A stretch of 64,000 nt of DNA from Gekko japonicus. Lineage: Eukaryota. The notes beneath the pieces are model-generated. The model searched no databases. It worked only from the letters and a program-made list of their open reading frames with translations, and was not told the DNA's origin. The stretch covers positions 214,432-278,431 of the forward strand of contig NW_015175435.1 of NCBI RefSeq assembly GCF_001447785.1, read 5' to 3'. Position numbers and translations under genes: made by a program. Below are positions 50,136-63,298 of this stretch, one piece after another (the first letter of the stretch is position 1; each line of letters opens with the position of its first letter).

Positions 50136-51559
50136 TTGTCCCTGCTCCAAAGCTAGCCGAAGACTGAGCCCCACTCAAGGTGACTGATCAATGTCAGTCT
50201 TACTTAGACTCAATCATTTTAGTTTACTCTTCATGCATTCAGAAGATCATTAACTCACGATCCAGCTTGTGAATGGCTGACAGAGTTCATCTTTAATGAT
50301 AAGAGTCCGTTTGTATGACTTTGGTGAAAAAAGATGATTCTGTGCATCTCTGTTGCTGCTAGTGATCTCTAACAAAGAAGGTAAAAAAATAAATACAAGT
50401 TTTGTGGGCTTGCTAGCTACCCCAGAAGGGAACGTATGCATAACCAATGAGGAAGGCTATCTCAGAACATCTGACCTAAGGGGCTAATAAACTACAATTC
50501 CCAATATGCATTATCTTAAAGGTAAAAGGCTTATTTTCCTATACTAATACATACTGCTAGCTATGCTTAGACTGCTTGCTATGCTTACTATGTACCCTGC
50601 TAGGCCAGCACTAGCACTCTTGCTCTTTTCTACTGCTATAGACGCACTAATATGGCTAACCATCTTAATCTGTTTGGTAGTTATTTGTACCCACAAATTC
50701 TGTTTGGATGAGATTGGCAAGAGTTCCACAATGCTTCCCCTTCTCCATTCACCACTGGAAGGAAAAATGGAGTAATAGGCAGAGAAATGTCCAGTGTTCA
50801 TTTCTTTTAATTAGTTTAACTTTTACCCACAGTCAAGTACAACAAGAAACTTAGTAGCCAAATTATAATTTTTAGATGCCACAACTTAATAACAAAAAGA
50901 CTAAATGGCCAGTGGTGACATTCCATTAACATCAATCTGAGTTACTTACTAAGGTCACTAATTTCTTTGTAACTAATTCCTTTGTTACTGTCACATTCAT
51001 ATACTACAGCAATGGTGCTTGCAATATTTACTCATCAGAATGAGTTTTAACGTTATTGATATACCTGATTCTTTACCCACAATATGTGAAGACAATATCA
51101 ATTTTGTCCTTTACTGAAGGACAAATATTATGAATTTAAGTCTTTGATAGGATATGTTTCAGTGTTCACTGTGGGGCATTTTAGCTGCACTGTGATGTTC
51201 ATTAAAAGAGTTCAAAATCCCTTAAAGATAAATATGGAGCCTTTCGAATAATTTCTGATTTTAGCATTCACACAATAGCACAATTTCTGCCTATTTTGCA
51301 TTAAAATTTACAATAGCTAAATGCTTGGAGCAAAGGTTTAAAGATAATTTTATTGTTTTGATTCCAAGAATGAAGTGTGGGAGGATGACTTCTTTTCTTG
51401 TAATGCTATCCACATATTACTCAGACACACAAAACACAAAAGGCCAGAGATTGCAGTACTGATTCCATAGAGAGAATCGCAAATGTTTATGCAGAAATAA
51501 TGAAAGATATGACATTGTAGATCAGCAGTCAACAGTCCTGAGCTGGTAGAGGTGATCTC

Positions 51560-51990
51560 AAAGCCGGTAAGGGTTTCCTAGGCCTTTAGTTCTGGGGGGG
51601 AATTGGCTGCTATGTTTGACCCAGAATCTTTACTGGAGAAGCATGTTAATTCACCTACCCTCCCCCAAATCTTCCATCTTCATTTAGCCTAGAGAATGGA
51701 TCCCTGCCTTTAGCTGGCCACATGGATCCATGATAAAGTAACCTCAAGGACAGACTACTGTAATGCACTGTATGTGGATCTTCTCACAAAGACAACTCAG
51801 AAATTCCAGCAGGTATAGAACACTTCAGCTCATTTATTATCAGGAGCTAAGCAGACTGCTACACCTATTCTGCAGCCAAGGACCCTTATATTTTCAGGGT
51901 GCCTCTCTCAATGAGACAGCTTTGTTCATCTGAGCAAAACTAGCTAAAGGTGCCACCAGGAAAGGGAGTAAGAACAACATCTGCCTGATC
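51560..51990 (+). mobile_element. Highly degenerate L2 fragment
   Basis: gactactgtaatgcactgtatgtgg (DYCNALY) and cagaaattccagcaggtatagaac (QKLQ.VQN-like). Confidence 0.6.
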
Positions 51991-53502
51991 CACTGGGGAG
52001 AAAAGCAGCTTGGGAAAGTAAATTTTGAGTGTAAAATAACTGGATGTTGAAGGGTTAATGACTTTTCCTGCCATCATTTTACCCTTTCATGCTGAAGGCA
52101 CCCACTACTGTTTTGTTTTAAAATACAAACACACCAACCACAGATTTGCAAGCAATATATAGTCTGGTCCACAGAAATGGCTAGATTGTGTCTTAAGAGA
52201 AATTCTAAAGCAACAGAGACTACTATAAAGACAATGCTATGAGTTCATTCAAAACATATTACTTTTTATAGAGAAGAATAATTTTGAAATTATCTCACTG
52301 ACTGGCAAGAGCAAATATCACTGTGTGCCTCAGTCAGGATCCACATTCTTATTTCCTGTCAGGAAGTTAGCGGGAATCCAACCAGGCAGACGCAGAGACA
52401 GATGCCACTGCTGAAACGGTCTTTTTGCCAAACTATGTCCTGTGGCTCTTGAAACTGACAAATGTGCTCAATGTGCAGCCAGTGATGCTTAAGATCATCT
52501 TTGAGGAGTAAGGAGATGCAGCAACAAAATAATCGACAGCAGTGGCTGTGACTCCCTAGTTGGTCTTCCAATCAAATGAATTAGTTAATTCACTTTTTTT
52601 ACTGCTTTCACTCAACCTCCCTGTCCCCTAATTAATGTCTTTGCAAAGAACATGGCACACTTTCTGACCAGTTCATTAGCTGAAGCCCCAACTGAAGTCA
52701 TCAGCCCAATTCCCATGCAAGCTGTGTAATTCTGTGACTGGTTCAAAGACAATCTTTTGTCAGACTTGCATTAGAGTCTCTGGCAATAATTTTATTATTA
52801 TAAGAATATATTTGAGGCAATTATAAACAGGTGTAGAATTCTCCTTCTGAGAAATCCTTAGCATTTTGGCATGAAAATCCTAACCAAGATGCTAACAATT
52901 GAACTGCCATGAAATGACTCCTAGAATGTCAAATTAATGGATTTAGGTTTTTATTGCTGCATAATTATGTGTTTGGAAGACAAAGTATATCCAGAAATAT
53001 ATTGAGTTGGCTAGTGTGCTATTGCTTTTATTTACAAGCAGTAAAAAGGGAAAAAAATAATGCTTCTTCACTGCATTATGATTATTGAACTACCACTTCT
53101 GGTTTACAGGGAACTTAATGTGGCCAAACAGAAAGGAAGACATGTGTGCCGCAAGTGGGGCTTGACTCACACTTAAGGCAACTGATCATGGCATAGGGAT
53201 TTTTAAAAAATATTAAATGGCAAAGCTAAAGATTGTATTTTCTCAGTGCTGGGATTGTATCTTCAAAGTGTTATTTGGAAAAGATATTCCCGGTGGAGAG
53301 TGATATGGTGAGCCCAGGGCATTTTCACTAATAAACATTATAGTGTAAGCACAGATAAACTTAATGAGTAGCAAGTCCCTTTGATTTCCCTGGAATTATT
53401 TCTAAGTAAGTATGCACTGGATTGCATCTGGGATGAGTCAACAAATTTACCTAAGAAAATTTCTAAAACTCCGGCCACAGAATGGCTTAGACTACAGGCT
53501 AC

Positions 53503-54343
53503 GTTATCAGGTGATTGGGGTGTGTGTGTGCTCGTGGCTGGGTTGCTTAGCGCCAGAGGAGATTACATGATTTCAGGTCCAATCTCCTTACCTCTGGTGA
53601 CCTGTGACTCCCTCAGCCCGGGAACTCACCTGCAGCATGTTAAGCCAGATGCACGGGAACTCGCTTAAATGATCACACACACACCCCACGATCTCTGCTT
53701 CACCCAGCATGGGCTACCAAAAGCTTGGGAAACTTGGCCGGGGTGAGCAACCCTACGGGGCTCCATCAGCCATGGGAGATCGCCAGAGCAACCCGATGCC
53801 ACAGCTCCTGGTGCACATCTTGGTCACAGCCTAGTGAGAGGTGGCAGCCTGAAGAGTGCTGTGTGGTGTGCTGCTGTCTATCTCAGGTGGCCTACCAGCC
53901 TTTGGGTAGTCTCTGGTGGGGGCTGGCCAGGGAGAGGTAGCCATGGTGGCACAGCACCTATGCCTGGCCAGTTTTCCAGCTCCAAAGCCATTCAGGGGTG
54001 CTATGCATGCGCAGGCGTGGCCTCCAGCTGCCAGGGGAGAGAGCTCACAACCAGACAGCAGGGGAGAACACTAAGGGGGAGTTGTCCGTGTGAGCTCCAG
54101 CAACCTGCCATCCCACTTTCGCTACCTATGCCAGCCGGTTGGGTGATGGGGGTACATTGGTTGGCAGGGGGCCAGCTGATGCACTGGATCAGGTGGGCCC
54201 ATGCTGTGCCAATTCTTCTTACAGCTGCAGTAAATAAAGTTGTGACCAATTTACTTCACAGATTTTCTGAATTCAGTAGTATGTGTGTGGTTCTTTAATA
54301 CTGGATTGTATATAGCCAACGGAACCTCCCCCTCTCCCATAAG
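53503..54343 (+). mobile_element. Possible solo LTR (GC-rich)
   Basis: GC-rich block in AT-rich intron; AATAAAGTTGTG at ~54233; degenerate TG..CA-like ends (cgttat / ataaga); no clear TSD. Confidence 0.45.
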
Positions 54344-54689
54344 ATCTGGAGCATGCAACTAATTTAGGAACTGAAACATGCATATTTTAAACAGCTTTCA
54401 GCACCTTCATTTTTATCCCCTCACACCTTAGTAAAGGTTCAAGTTCCTTCGTTTCGTTCGCATTTTCTGTGTCACTGATGGACTGTTGCAAATCTGGGAG
54501 ATTAGAGATTGATATGTTAGGCTGAAAAGTCGGGGAGTTAATAATTTGGGATATATGAACAGAGATCTGTTCCATTAATTATCCACAGTGTTCACATTCC
54601 ATGCTTCGGCCATGCCATTTCTTCTTTTTCTTCTTTTAAATGCATAAAATGCTTGGAAGAGGAAGGACATGAATTACTTGCCCTTAGTG

Positions 54690-55205
54690 GTCAGGGACCC
54701 ACATATCTTCAGGAATGACTCTCTCAGTATGCCCCAAGAAGAGCATTATGCTTGTGAAGTAAGAACTTCCTGGTGGCCCCTGGCCCGAGAGAGATCCGGC
54801 TGTCCTCAATCAGGGCCAGAGCTTTTTTGGCCCTACTCCCTACCTGGTGGAACTCTCTGCTGGAGAACATCCATGCCCTGTGGGATTTGTCACCTTTCTG
54901 CAGGACATGTTAGGCAAAGATGTTCTACCAGGCATTCAGTTGAAGACAGCGATGGTAGAGTATGTACTCTTATACCCTCCATTCTCTGCAAACCACGCTC
55001 CCCCGGAGGCCTGTGAAATTTGAAGATTTTTCCAACCATCTTGGAATGACTAAATTATGCTGATGAATCATTGGTGTTGTATATATTGTGTTTTTATTCT
55101 TGGTTTTGATTTTTAATTGCTTATTGTACACCCTTTTCTGTTGTAAGCCACCCTGAGCCTTGCTTGCAAGGAAAGGCGGTCTAAAAATCTACATAAATAA
55201 ATAAA
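54690..55205 (+). mobile_element. L2 3' fragment
   Basis: RD.LS.Y.P.RAL..., WWNSL-like motif, gtaagccaccctgagcc..aggcgg and (TAAA)n tail. Confidence 0.75.
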
Positions 55206-56515
55206 TTGGGTGGAGGCAGGAAGCAGTGTTTCTAACTTTCACCCTGATGTTGCTTCATAAAATGATGACACCCGAATCCAATTCAGAGTGGAGGCACGGA
55301 GCAGGGGAGGGGGGGACAGTACCTCAGTGGTAGGGGAAACAATAGCTGAAACTACCAGAACCATGCAAACTGGTAGCAAGATTTAAAAACAAAACAAGTA
55401 GGCATATATGGCTTCCTGAAATCCACCAATCTGAAGCAAAACAATTCAAAACAGATTTGTCGGCTAAGATTATTGTATGCAGAACCTCTTTTTAGACATA
55501 GATAGAATCAGTAGGTGTGCACATGTGGATTGGCCATGTGGGAAGGATGAAGGACATGAATGACTTGAAAGCTACAGCAAACTGTACACGGGCAGCATTT
55601 TGTCCAAAATTTAGATTTTAAAAAATAAGCAGGATTCCACCTTGGAATTAAGACCAAGTAATTCAGAACTCAGAATTTCAGAAGCATCCCTGGCCTGTAG
55701 CAATTTTCACAAGCTTCCTAATAGGCATTAAAAAAAAGACCTTCCCTAGGTACCAGTTTAGAAACTACACCTTCACTAACCCTTTTGTTTAATGTAATCT
55801 CTGCTTCTGAAAATAAGAAGCCCCCTAAACATTCACCTAAACTACTCCAGTTTTCTGGCTCAGTTTCTAATCTGCCAACAGTGTTTCCTTTCTTGTAAGC
55901 ACAGCAGGGAAATTTTGCAGGACCTCTTTTTAGACATAGATAGAATCAGTATTTATTTGAAGATAATACTTGAAGGTTATTAGGCTAGGGGGAAAATAAT
56001 TCTACACTATGCAATACTATAGGAACATATAGTAAATAGGACAATTTCTAAGACACTTTAAAAAAAGAGTATATCAATAAGTTTTCATCATAAGAAAAAA
56101 CCCAGAGCCTTCTTTTTATTTTAACATATTTCCCTCCCCAATAATTTTGTCCACCCTGGATACATGCTGAGCTTAGAAAATAAAAATACTATGAGTTTTT
56201 TAGTCATTTAAATAACCCAATACCACTCTAATAGGGACTAACCAAATCAGGGTCAAGGCTTAACGAACACTGAACTCGTGAAATATTCCTCTCCATTATG
56301 GGCAGGGTTCCCATAGAGATTTTAAAAAATAAAACAAAATGAAACAAACAAACAAAACATGGGTGCACACAAGAAACACAATAGGCTCTTACCAGAACTG
56401 GTAACGTCCTGTCAAGTTCTCAGGCTCCATTCAGTCAGGTTACTCAAGTCTTAGAATATGAGTTACTCAAGCTCTGAACTTGAAAAGCAGGGAAGTATTA
56501 TGAAGGATTTCAAGT

Positions 56516-56760
56516 AGGGTTGCCAGGTTCAACTCAGTAAATATCTGGGGGCTTTGGGGGTGGAACCAGGAGCAAGGATGTGATATCACTTTTGTGATGT
56601 CACATCCTGTGATGTCACTTCCATGGCAAAGGTCAAGTGATGTCACTTCCCAAGTGCCATCCCCTTCCAATGATGTCACTTCCAGCACACTGCAACAAAA
56701 CCACATTTCTTCCTGTGATGTCACTTTCTGGGCACTCCCCCAAACCCACCTCTTCCTCTG
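56516..56760. repeat. TAGGGTTGCCA-ended repeat with dispersed (TGATGTCACTTCC)-like motifs
   Basis: About six gatgtcac(t) motifs in 56580-56730; a matching inverted end ctggcaacccta lies at ~58225-58236. Confidence 0.6.
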
Positions 56761-57332
56761 AAGTGCCTCTGCCCACAATCCAAAGCTATAAACTGCCAGA
56801 AACAGGAGGACTGAGTAAATCTTCAGTAATATGTTGCAGCTATTACAAATGCCCCCTTTCATTATCTGCATGTAATATGTGTCTGTCTGTCTATCTTCAT
56901 TTGTTCATGTGATTTTATTTGTATTGTGTTGCCAAGGAGGTGAAGTATAGGAATCAAAATTTCAAATTAACAAAACATTCTTCAGAAATGCTAATATGAG
57001 TCTTATATGGTCAGCAGCTACATATGGCCATTGCTTCTATGTGACTTTGGATTTCCTGTGTGGTTCAAAACCATAATGGGAAATAAGAGTAGGAACAGCT
57101 GGAATTTGCTGATAGCTGAAGTCACAAAACCATTCAAAATAACTGTAAGACTGTATAATTTCAAGTCAGTAGACTTGAGCTGCTTAGGCATAGTTTCCCT
57201 AGGACTGACAAAAAAGAATTTATTTTCCTTATAAAAATTAAATGCTAGGTTTAAAGAAACTCACAAAAATTGCATTTGTATTATGTTTGCTGTACCAAAA
57301 TATTTCACCATGTTAAAAGCCACTCTGTTTAA

Positions 57333-57378
57333 TCACAGAATCACAGAGTTGGAAGGGGCCATACAGGCCATCTAGTCA
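57333..57378 (-). mobile_element. CR1 3' terminal stub
   Basis: aatcacagaatcacagagttggaagggg..catctagtc, reverse complement of the (ATTCTGTG)n CR1 tail. Confidence 0.7.
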
Positions 57379-58239
57379 ATCAAAAGAATCCAACTTCATT
57401 CATCATGTTGTTTAAAGCTCATTGAAATAGAAATCTGACACGGATTCTGACACAGAGATCTAGTCCAGGGACTGGGAGGGAGGGAAGGAATGGGAGAGCA
57501 GAGGTGGGGCAGCTCCAGCAGATGAAAAGGGATGATGGGGCAGGTGGAAAGGAAGGCATGGGCAAATTCTCCCACTTGCCTGGCACCAAGAGTGCATGGC
57601 TGCTTCCCACTAGCAGTGAGGGGCCCACCCGCACCCCCAGCCCTAGGCTCCAAAGCAAAGTGTACGGGCAACCCCCCACCCCCTGACTCACCCGGGGAGC
57701 ATGACCACAGATGCAGACCTCCTTCCCAGTCCCCTAGCTGCCAGCGACAGTGAGGGCAGGGTGGTGAGGGCAGAGCAGTGAGGGAACAGCCCCCCCTACC
57801 CCAAGCATTGATGACTCCACGACATGTGTTACTGACATGAGCCTGGGCAGGGGATGGGCAAAACTGGCCCTGCCACCCTGCTCACCTTGGGACTTGGGAC
57901 TAGCCTGGACACTCGCCCCAACAAGAGATAGCAAAGACTTTACCTTCTCTGCTCCCCAGTCAGTTGGACCTGTGTGCTGAGGCAGGGGAAATCAGCACCA
58001 TTGCTGCAGCAAACTAGCACACCATAGAAACTGGAGGCAAACATGTACCTCCTTGGAGGCTGCTGTGACTCTAGCCTTCATCTCTATGGCTTCCATAGAG
58101 ACTTGGCTGATAGAAATACTAGAGTGTCACAACGTGGCCAACATTTTATCCTCTGCTAGCTGATTCTTACAAAGTGGAGGTTGGGATCTCAAAGTGGGAG
58201 ATCCACAGCCCCCCTCCAAGGGGGCTGGCAACCCTAAAT

Positions 58240-58470
58240 TCAAGTGCTAGTCCAGTAGCACCTTAGAGAACAAAAGGATTTTGGGGATATAAGGTTTCAA
58301 GAGCCAAAGCTCCCTTTGTCAGATACATGTAGGAAAGGAGATCCCTGGTCAGAACGTGGAAGGTGTTGTAGGGATTTAAGTTCCTACTTGTATTTGACAA
58401 GGAAGTTTTTAAAGCTTATACTTAAAAAAAAAACCATTGGTCTCTAAAGTGCCACTGGACTTGAATCTAA
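58240..58470. mobile_element. Inverted pair of Penelope terminal fragments (fold-back)
   Basis: agtccagtagcaccttagaga...ctttgtcagatac versus tatttgacaagg...tctctaaagtgccactggact. Confidence 0.65.
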
Positions 58471-58554
58471 CTCTTCTACTGCAGAGCAATACAGCTACTT
58501 GAAACTATGTTGATGGGAAGATTTCAGGGATCTCATGGACTCCCCCCCCTCACA

Positions 58555-60389
58555 TCTCTTATATATAATTCTGTTTTCGAGTGGCAACATTCCATGCACT
58601 CCCTCAGCCATTGGCCTGTAAGCCGCCACTCGAGTACTCATATGCCATTGGCTGGGTGCTGGATCTGCTCCTCTTCCCTGCCCACTCACCCTTTAACCAC
58701 CGTGCCATGTCAGAATTACTGGCAAATGGCTTTCTCTCTTGACAACAATGCTTTTCCTGCTTGCCTCCTGTGTGTGACTAACTTTCTCCTCAGTGGTTGT
58801 TGATAGGTGTAACAAAATGGCAGTTACCTGTGTTTATAAGATGGCTGTGGTTCTTTGTTTAAAATGTTCACAGTTCCCAGCTGCCCCAAGGCCAAAAAGT
58901 GCAGGAAAACAGGGACTGTCCCAAGGCAGTCTTCATCCCTGGGAGCAGCAGAAATTCAGCCACTCCACAGTCGGCTGGACTAGGGAATGAATGGAAGTTT
59001 CCCTGCTCTCTTGGGCAAGAGAGAGAGGCTGCAGTACAGGTGAGCCCACAACTTCCAGAGATAGAGGGTATTGTGTGTAGGNNNNNNNNNNNNNNNNNNN
59101 NNNNNNNNNNNNNNNNNNNNNNNNNNNNNNNNNNNNNNNNNNNNNNNNNNNNNNNNNNNNNNNNNNNNNNNNNNNNAAGGAGGATTGGTAGAATCTATGG
59201 AAGCCAGGGTTTGGGGAGGGGAGAGGCCTCAGCTGAAAAGAATGTCATAGAGTCCAACTCCAAAGCAGTTATTTTCTCCGGTGGGGGATAGATCTGTTGT
59301 CTGGAGTTCAGTTGTGATACCTGGTGATCTTCAGGCTCCACCTGGATTTCAGGTGTAGCAGTCAGTGCTTCAGAGCAGAATCTGCTAGATCCAGGTTCTT
59401 GCTGTAGAAGCTGAGTGGGTGATTTTGGACCAGTCACAGACTTTCAGCCTAACCTCCCTCACAGGGTTGTTGTGCAAGTCAAAAGGTGGAGAGGAGAATG
59501 ATGTAAGCTGCTTGGTCCCCATTGCAGAGAAAGACTACTTTTCCTCCTGGAAAACCATTGTTGCCAATCTCCAGGTGAGGGCTGGAGATCACTCAGAATT
59601 ACAACTGCTCTCCAAATGGCAGAGATCAGTTCCCCTGCAGAAAATGGTGGACTCTGTGGCAGTCAGGGCTTCAGAGCAGGAAAGAGGCTGCAGGTGTGGG
59701 GGGGAAATGGAAAGGTGAAGAATGAGGGGGAATAAAGGTAGGCTGGCTGGGAAGGAGATAGGGTTGCCAACTCCAGGTGGGAAATTCATGGAGAATTGAG
59801 GGGTGGAGTCTGGAGAGGGTGAGGTTTGAGGAGAGGTGGGACCTCAGGTACTCCACCGAACCAGCCATTCCCTCCTGGGAAACCACTGTTGCCAATCTCA
59901 GGAGGGGGTGGAAATCACTCAGAATTACAACTGATCTCCAGGAGGGAGGGGCGAGGAGATGGAAAGCTGAAATCAGAGGGGCAGATAATGGCAGGTTGAT
60001 GCTTGGCTGGGAAGGAGATAGAGTTGCCAACTCCAGATTGGGAAATTCATGGGGATTTGAGGGGTGAAGCCTGGAGAAGGTGAGGTTTGAGGATGGGTGG
60101 GACCTCAGACAGGTACAATGCCATAGACTCCACCCTCCAAACCAGCCATTTCCTCCTGGGTTAACAATTGTTGCCTATCTCCAGGTGAGGGCTGGAGAGC
60201 ACTGAAAATTACAACTGTTCTTCAGGTAGCAGAGATTAGTTCCTCTTGAGAATATGGTGGACTCTGTGTCATTATACCCTGCTTAGGTTGCCACAGCAAA
60301 TTGACACTGAGTGTACAAGCCTTGTCACTCTCCCAGAGCCTCTTTCTAGAGCTTATTGTATTTATTTCCAAAACGGACCTTATTCCTAG
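58555..60389 (+). mobile_element. Non-autonomous Helitron, full length (contains an N gap and a SINE fragment at ~59355-59530)
   Basis: A|TCTCTTATATATAA at 58555; 3' subterminal hairpin region then CTAG|T at 60386-60390; inverted homolog of 44814-46399 at both ends. Confidence 0.85.
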
Positions 60390-62188
60390 TGTGTGTGTGT
60401 GTATATATTGTACGTCATAATACATAGATTTTATATGTATATTGTATAAATTACATATAAAAACATATAACTTTATGTAAAGAATATGAACGTATCTACA
60501 AAAGCAACATTATGGTCCAGCAGCCAAAACCACTGAAAAACCAGCCCAACAAATAAGAAATGAAAGCTGTTACCAGTCACTCATCCCTAGTGTATCTGTA
60601 CCTTTCCTATCCCCATACAGACCATGCTCTGCCTGTGCCCATGCATCAAGAATGAAGGTGGGAGAAATGGGGTTCACTTGTCCTATGCAGACTTTACAAG
60701 AGACACGTTCTTAGAGAGTTCTAAACATCTCATAATGAAGGTGTTATAAGGTGCAATTAGAGAGAGAGAGAAAGATAAAAATTACGTTTTGAATATTACC
60801 ACTAATATTTTTCATTTGCTGATTGTCATAAATGCTATTTACAAAAAATAGGCTATTTGGTTAGAAAAGCAATTGCATGAGGAGGAGGGAGGAGACACCA
60901 AACTACAAGGAAGGATGCAAAGGTGAGTAAAATCTAAATCTGCAGGTAACCCTGTTGCAAATGAATGAATCAGAGTTCTGATACTCTAAGATCAGAGGTC
61001 TGCTGTGGCTCAAGGATATGGGTTATTTAGTTAACAGCCATTTCACTGTCTACCTACTTCTACCTACCAGAATTCCTATGACTTGATGTGAGTTAGTTGG
61101 CAACCTTAGTTTCTAATAATTAGTTTAAACATATTTAACCCTGCAGAGTAAAGGTCAGGGATGCATGCTGAACTCTATTTTCTATCCTTACATGCATGAT
61201 TAAATGGTAATTAAATTTTAATGAAAAGTGTAGGCTGATTACAATTAACATAATCACACGAGTCAGTTCATGTCCTCATGGTGTTTTACATGCTGTGCTA
61301 AGCCAGCAACACAATAGACCCTTGATGGGGTCCAAACATTTTGTGAGCAAAAGACATCTGCATTCCTCCAGTTAATCGACTATGCTGGCCTACTTAATAA
61401 AGGGCAAAAACATTAATATGTGCAGGGATTTCTAGCATACATATATACATTTCAAGAAATTTGAGGAAGACACAAATATCACCCCATGGTTTTTCTAAAA
61501 TTTGAAATTGGATGATAACAACTTAAAATCTAATTGCAACCATGGGAATTAGTCACAAGATCTCTGCTATCATAGACCAAATTCTGGTTCATGTTAATAC
61601 TGTTGTAAGGGCCTCATATCCTGGAGACTCTTCGCCTGCTGTTTTGATAACACGTAGGAGAACATTCCCAACAAATAGGCTAGTTAGTCACTTCCCAGAC
61701 AAATATTATCTGGCTTTAGGTCATGACACTGAATGAGAACTGTCACAAAGGCAGCACTTTTCACCTGCAAGGCTGTGTGTTAAGGAATCTTACAAAGGCT
61801 GCCAAAACTTTGATTCCACAGCAATGTAAAACAATATCAAGCCCTGAGAACACATACAGAGAGATACAATGTGCATGGATGTGCACATGCACACACATTT
61901 TTTCTCTGTTGACAGTTGTTGGCTTTCAGTGACAATATGCTCAACTACCAGACAGATTAACTATATCAACAGCAGAATCAGAGAAAGAATAAGGTCAAGA
62001 AGGTTTGTTTCCTTCTGACTGTTCTTTGACCAATGCATTCAAGCTCTGAACTTAGCAGCTATGTTATATTAGCCAAGGCTCATTAGAAAGACATTTCTTC
62101 TGCTTATTAATTGCAGTAAGATAAATTCTCATAAAACAGACCGTTGCTTGGAAATTTTGCTGCTGATATTGCAGAAAAGTTGGACATA

Positions 62189-62914
62189 GGCTGTGTTCAG
62201 ATGGGCAGTTTCATCTGTTGCTGTTACTGTTCCTTTACTAATTTAAAGTGCATGGTCAGACAGCAACATCTGTCTGTTGTGACGCAGTCATCTGATTCCA
62301 CCCCCCCTGCTGCGTGTTTCTTTGATACCTGAGAAAGTCCGGTCCTGTTAATCTGAGCTGGTTCCAAAATGGATTGCTTGCTGCACACCCAAGTCATCAG
62401 GCAGGTCTGACTGGTCTCTTGTTTTCCAGCTGCCATTTTGTTTTACTAGTTAGCGAGGAACACATAACTGCATATACAAACCTTTCTCTCTCTCACACCC
62501 CCAATGGGGCTGCTCAAAACTTTGTTTTCTTTCTAAAAACTCTCAAAGAAAGACAGCTTTTTCCTGTCGTTTGGGGAATGGGTAAACTGAAAATATTAGA
62601 GGGAGGTGAACTCCATATCCCAGCAGTCTCAGTAAGTGCTTGGACACATGCTCAGATGGCAAACTTTTTTAAAAAATGGTCAATAGCCCCATGAACTACA
62701 TATCCCAGCAGCCTGATCAGTGCTTGTGGGCATGCTCCAAGGACAAACTTTTTTTTAAAAAATGGCTGACGGACTGACTCCCTGACTGATGCCATTTGAG
62801 CATGTAAAAGCGCTTTGAAGAGTGCTAAAAAGGGTGAGTCTGATCATGACAAAATAATCTGGCTCAATTAGAGGTGGGGCAACAGTGGATTGAACTGCCC
62901 ATCTGAATGCAGTC
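62189..62914. mobile_element. PIF/Harbinger-like non-autonomous element, ATA TSD
   Basis: ata|ggctgtgttcagatgggcagtt...aactgcccatctgaatgcagtc|ata; ~33-bp TIRs and 3-bp TSD. Confidence 0.8.
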
Positions 62915-63298
62915 ATAGTCATACACTACTGAAGCAGAGCAGAAGACACTTTTTCGTGGTTTTATACCATGCTTCCATCACACTGTTTGAAAAATTGAAA
63001 TCACATGGGCAGGGCTAGCCATGCAGGTCTTGTTATGCGCTTGCTTCCTCCTCTTCTTGACTGGCAACAGTCAGGAGAGAGTTATTTGCATGCTTCCACC
63101 CATTCCAGATGTCATGGTACAAAACCACAGAAAATACAGCTGCATCAAATATGAGATTGGCACATTGCCGGCTTTAGACAAGGGGATGGATACACTGGCC
63201 TTTTCCACAATAGTTTGAGCTACAGTGTACCCTTGTGGAAAGAAAGCATAACGTTTAAGGCCTTGCCTTATGGGACAGAATAGAACAGAACAGAACAG

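Noticed and set aside
50563-50775. Hydrophobic 70-aa ORF as a membrane micropeptide
   Set aside because: Hydrophobicity follows from the CT/TA-rich low-complexity tract; no independent gene signals.
52359-52571. Cys-rich minus-strand ORF as a CSMD1 exon
   Set aside because: No Sushi/CUB pattern in the frames I read.
56580-56730. CRISPR-like repeat-spacer array
   Set aside because: Vertebrate DNA; the motifs are short, degenerate, irregularly spaced and lie inside a dispersed repeat.
61542-61736. Possible upstream CSMD1 CUB exon (minus strand contains an SPGY-like word)
   Set aside because: The surrounding translation does not match a CUB domain and hits stops; no suitable splice sites.
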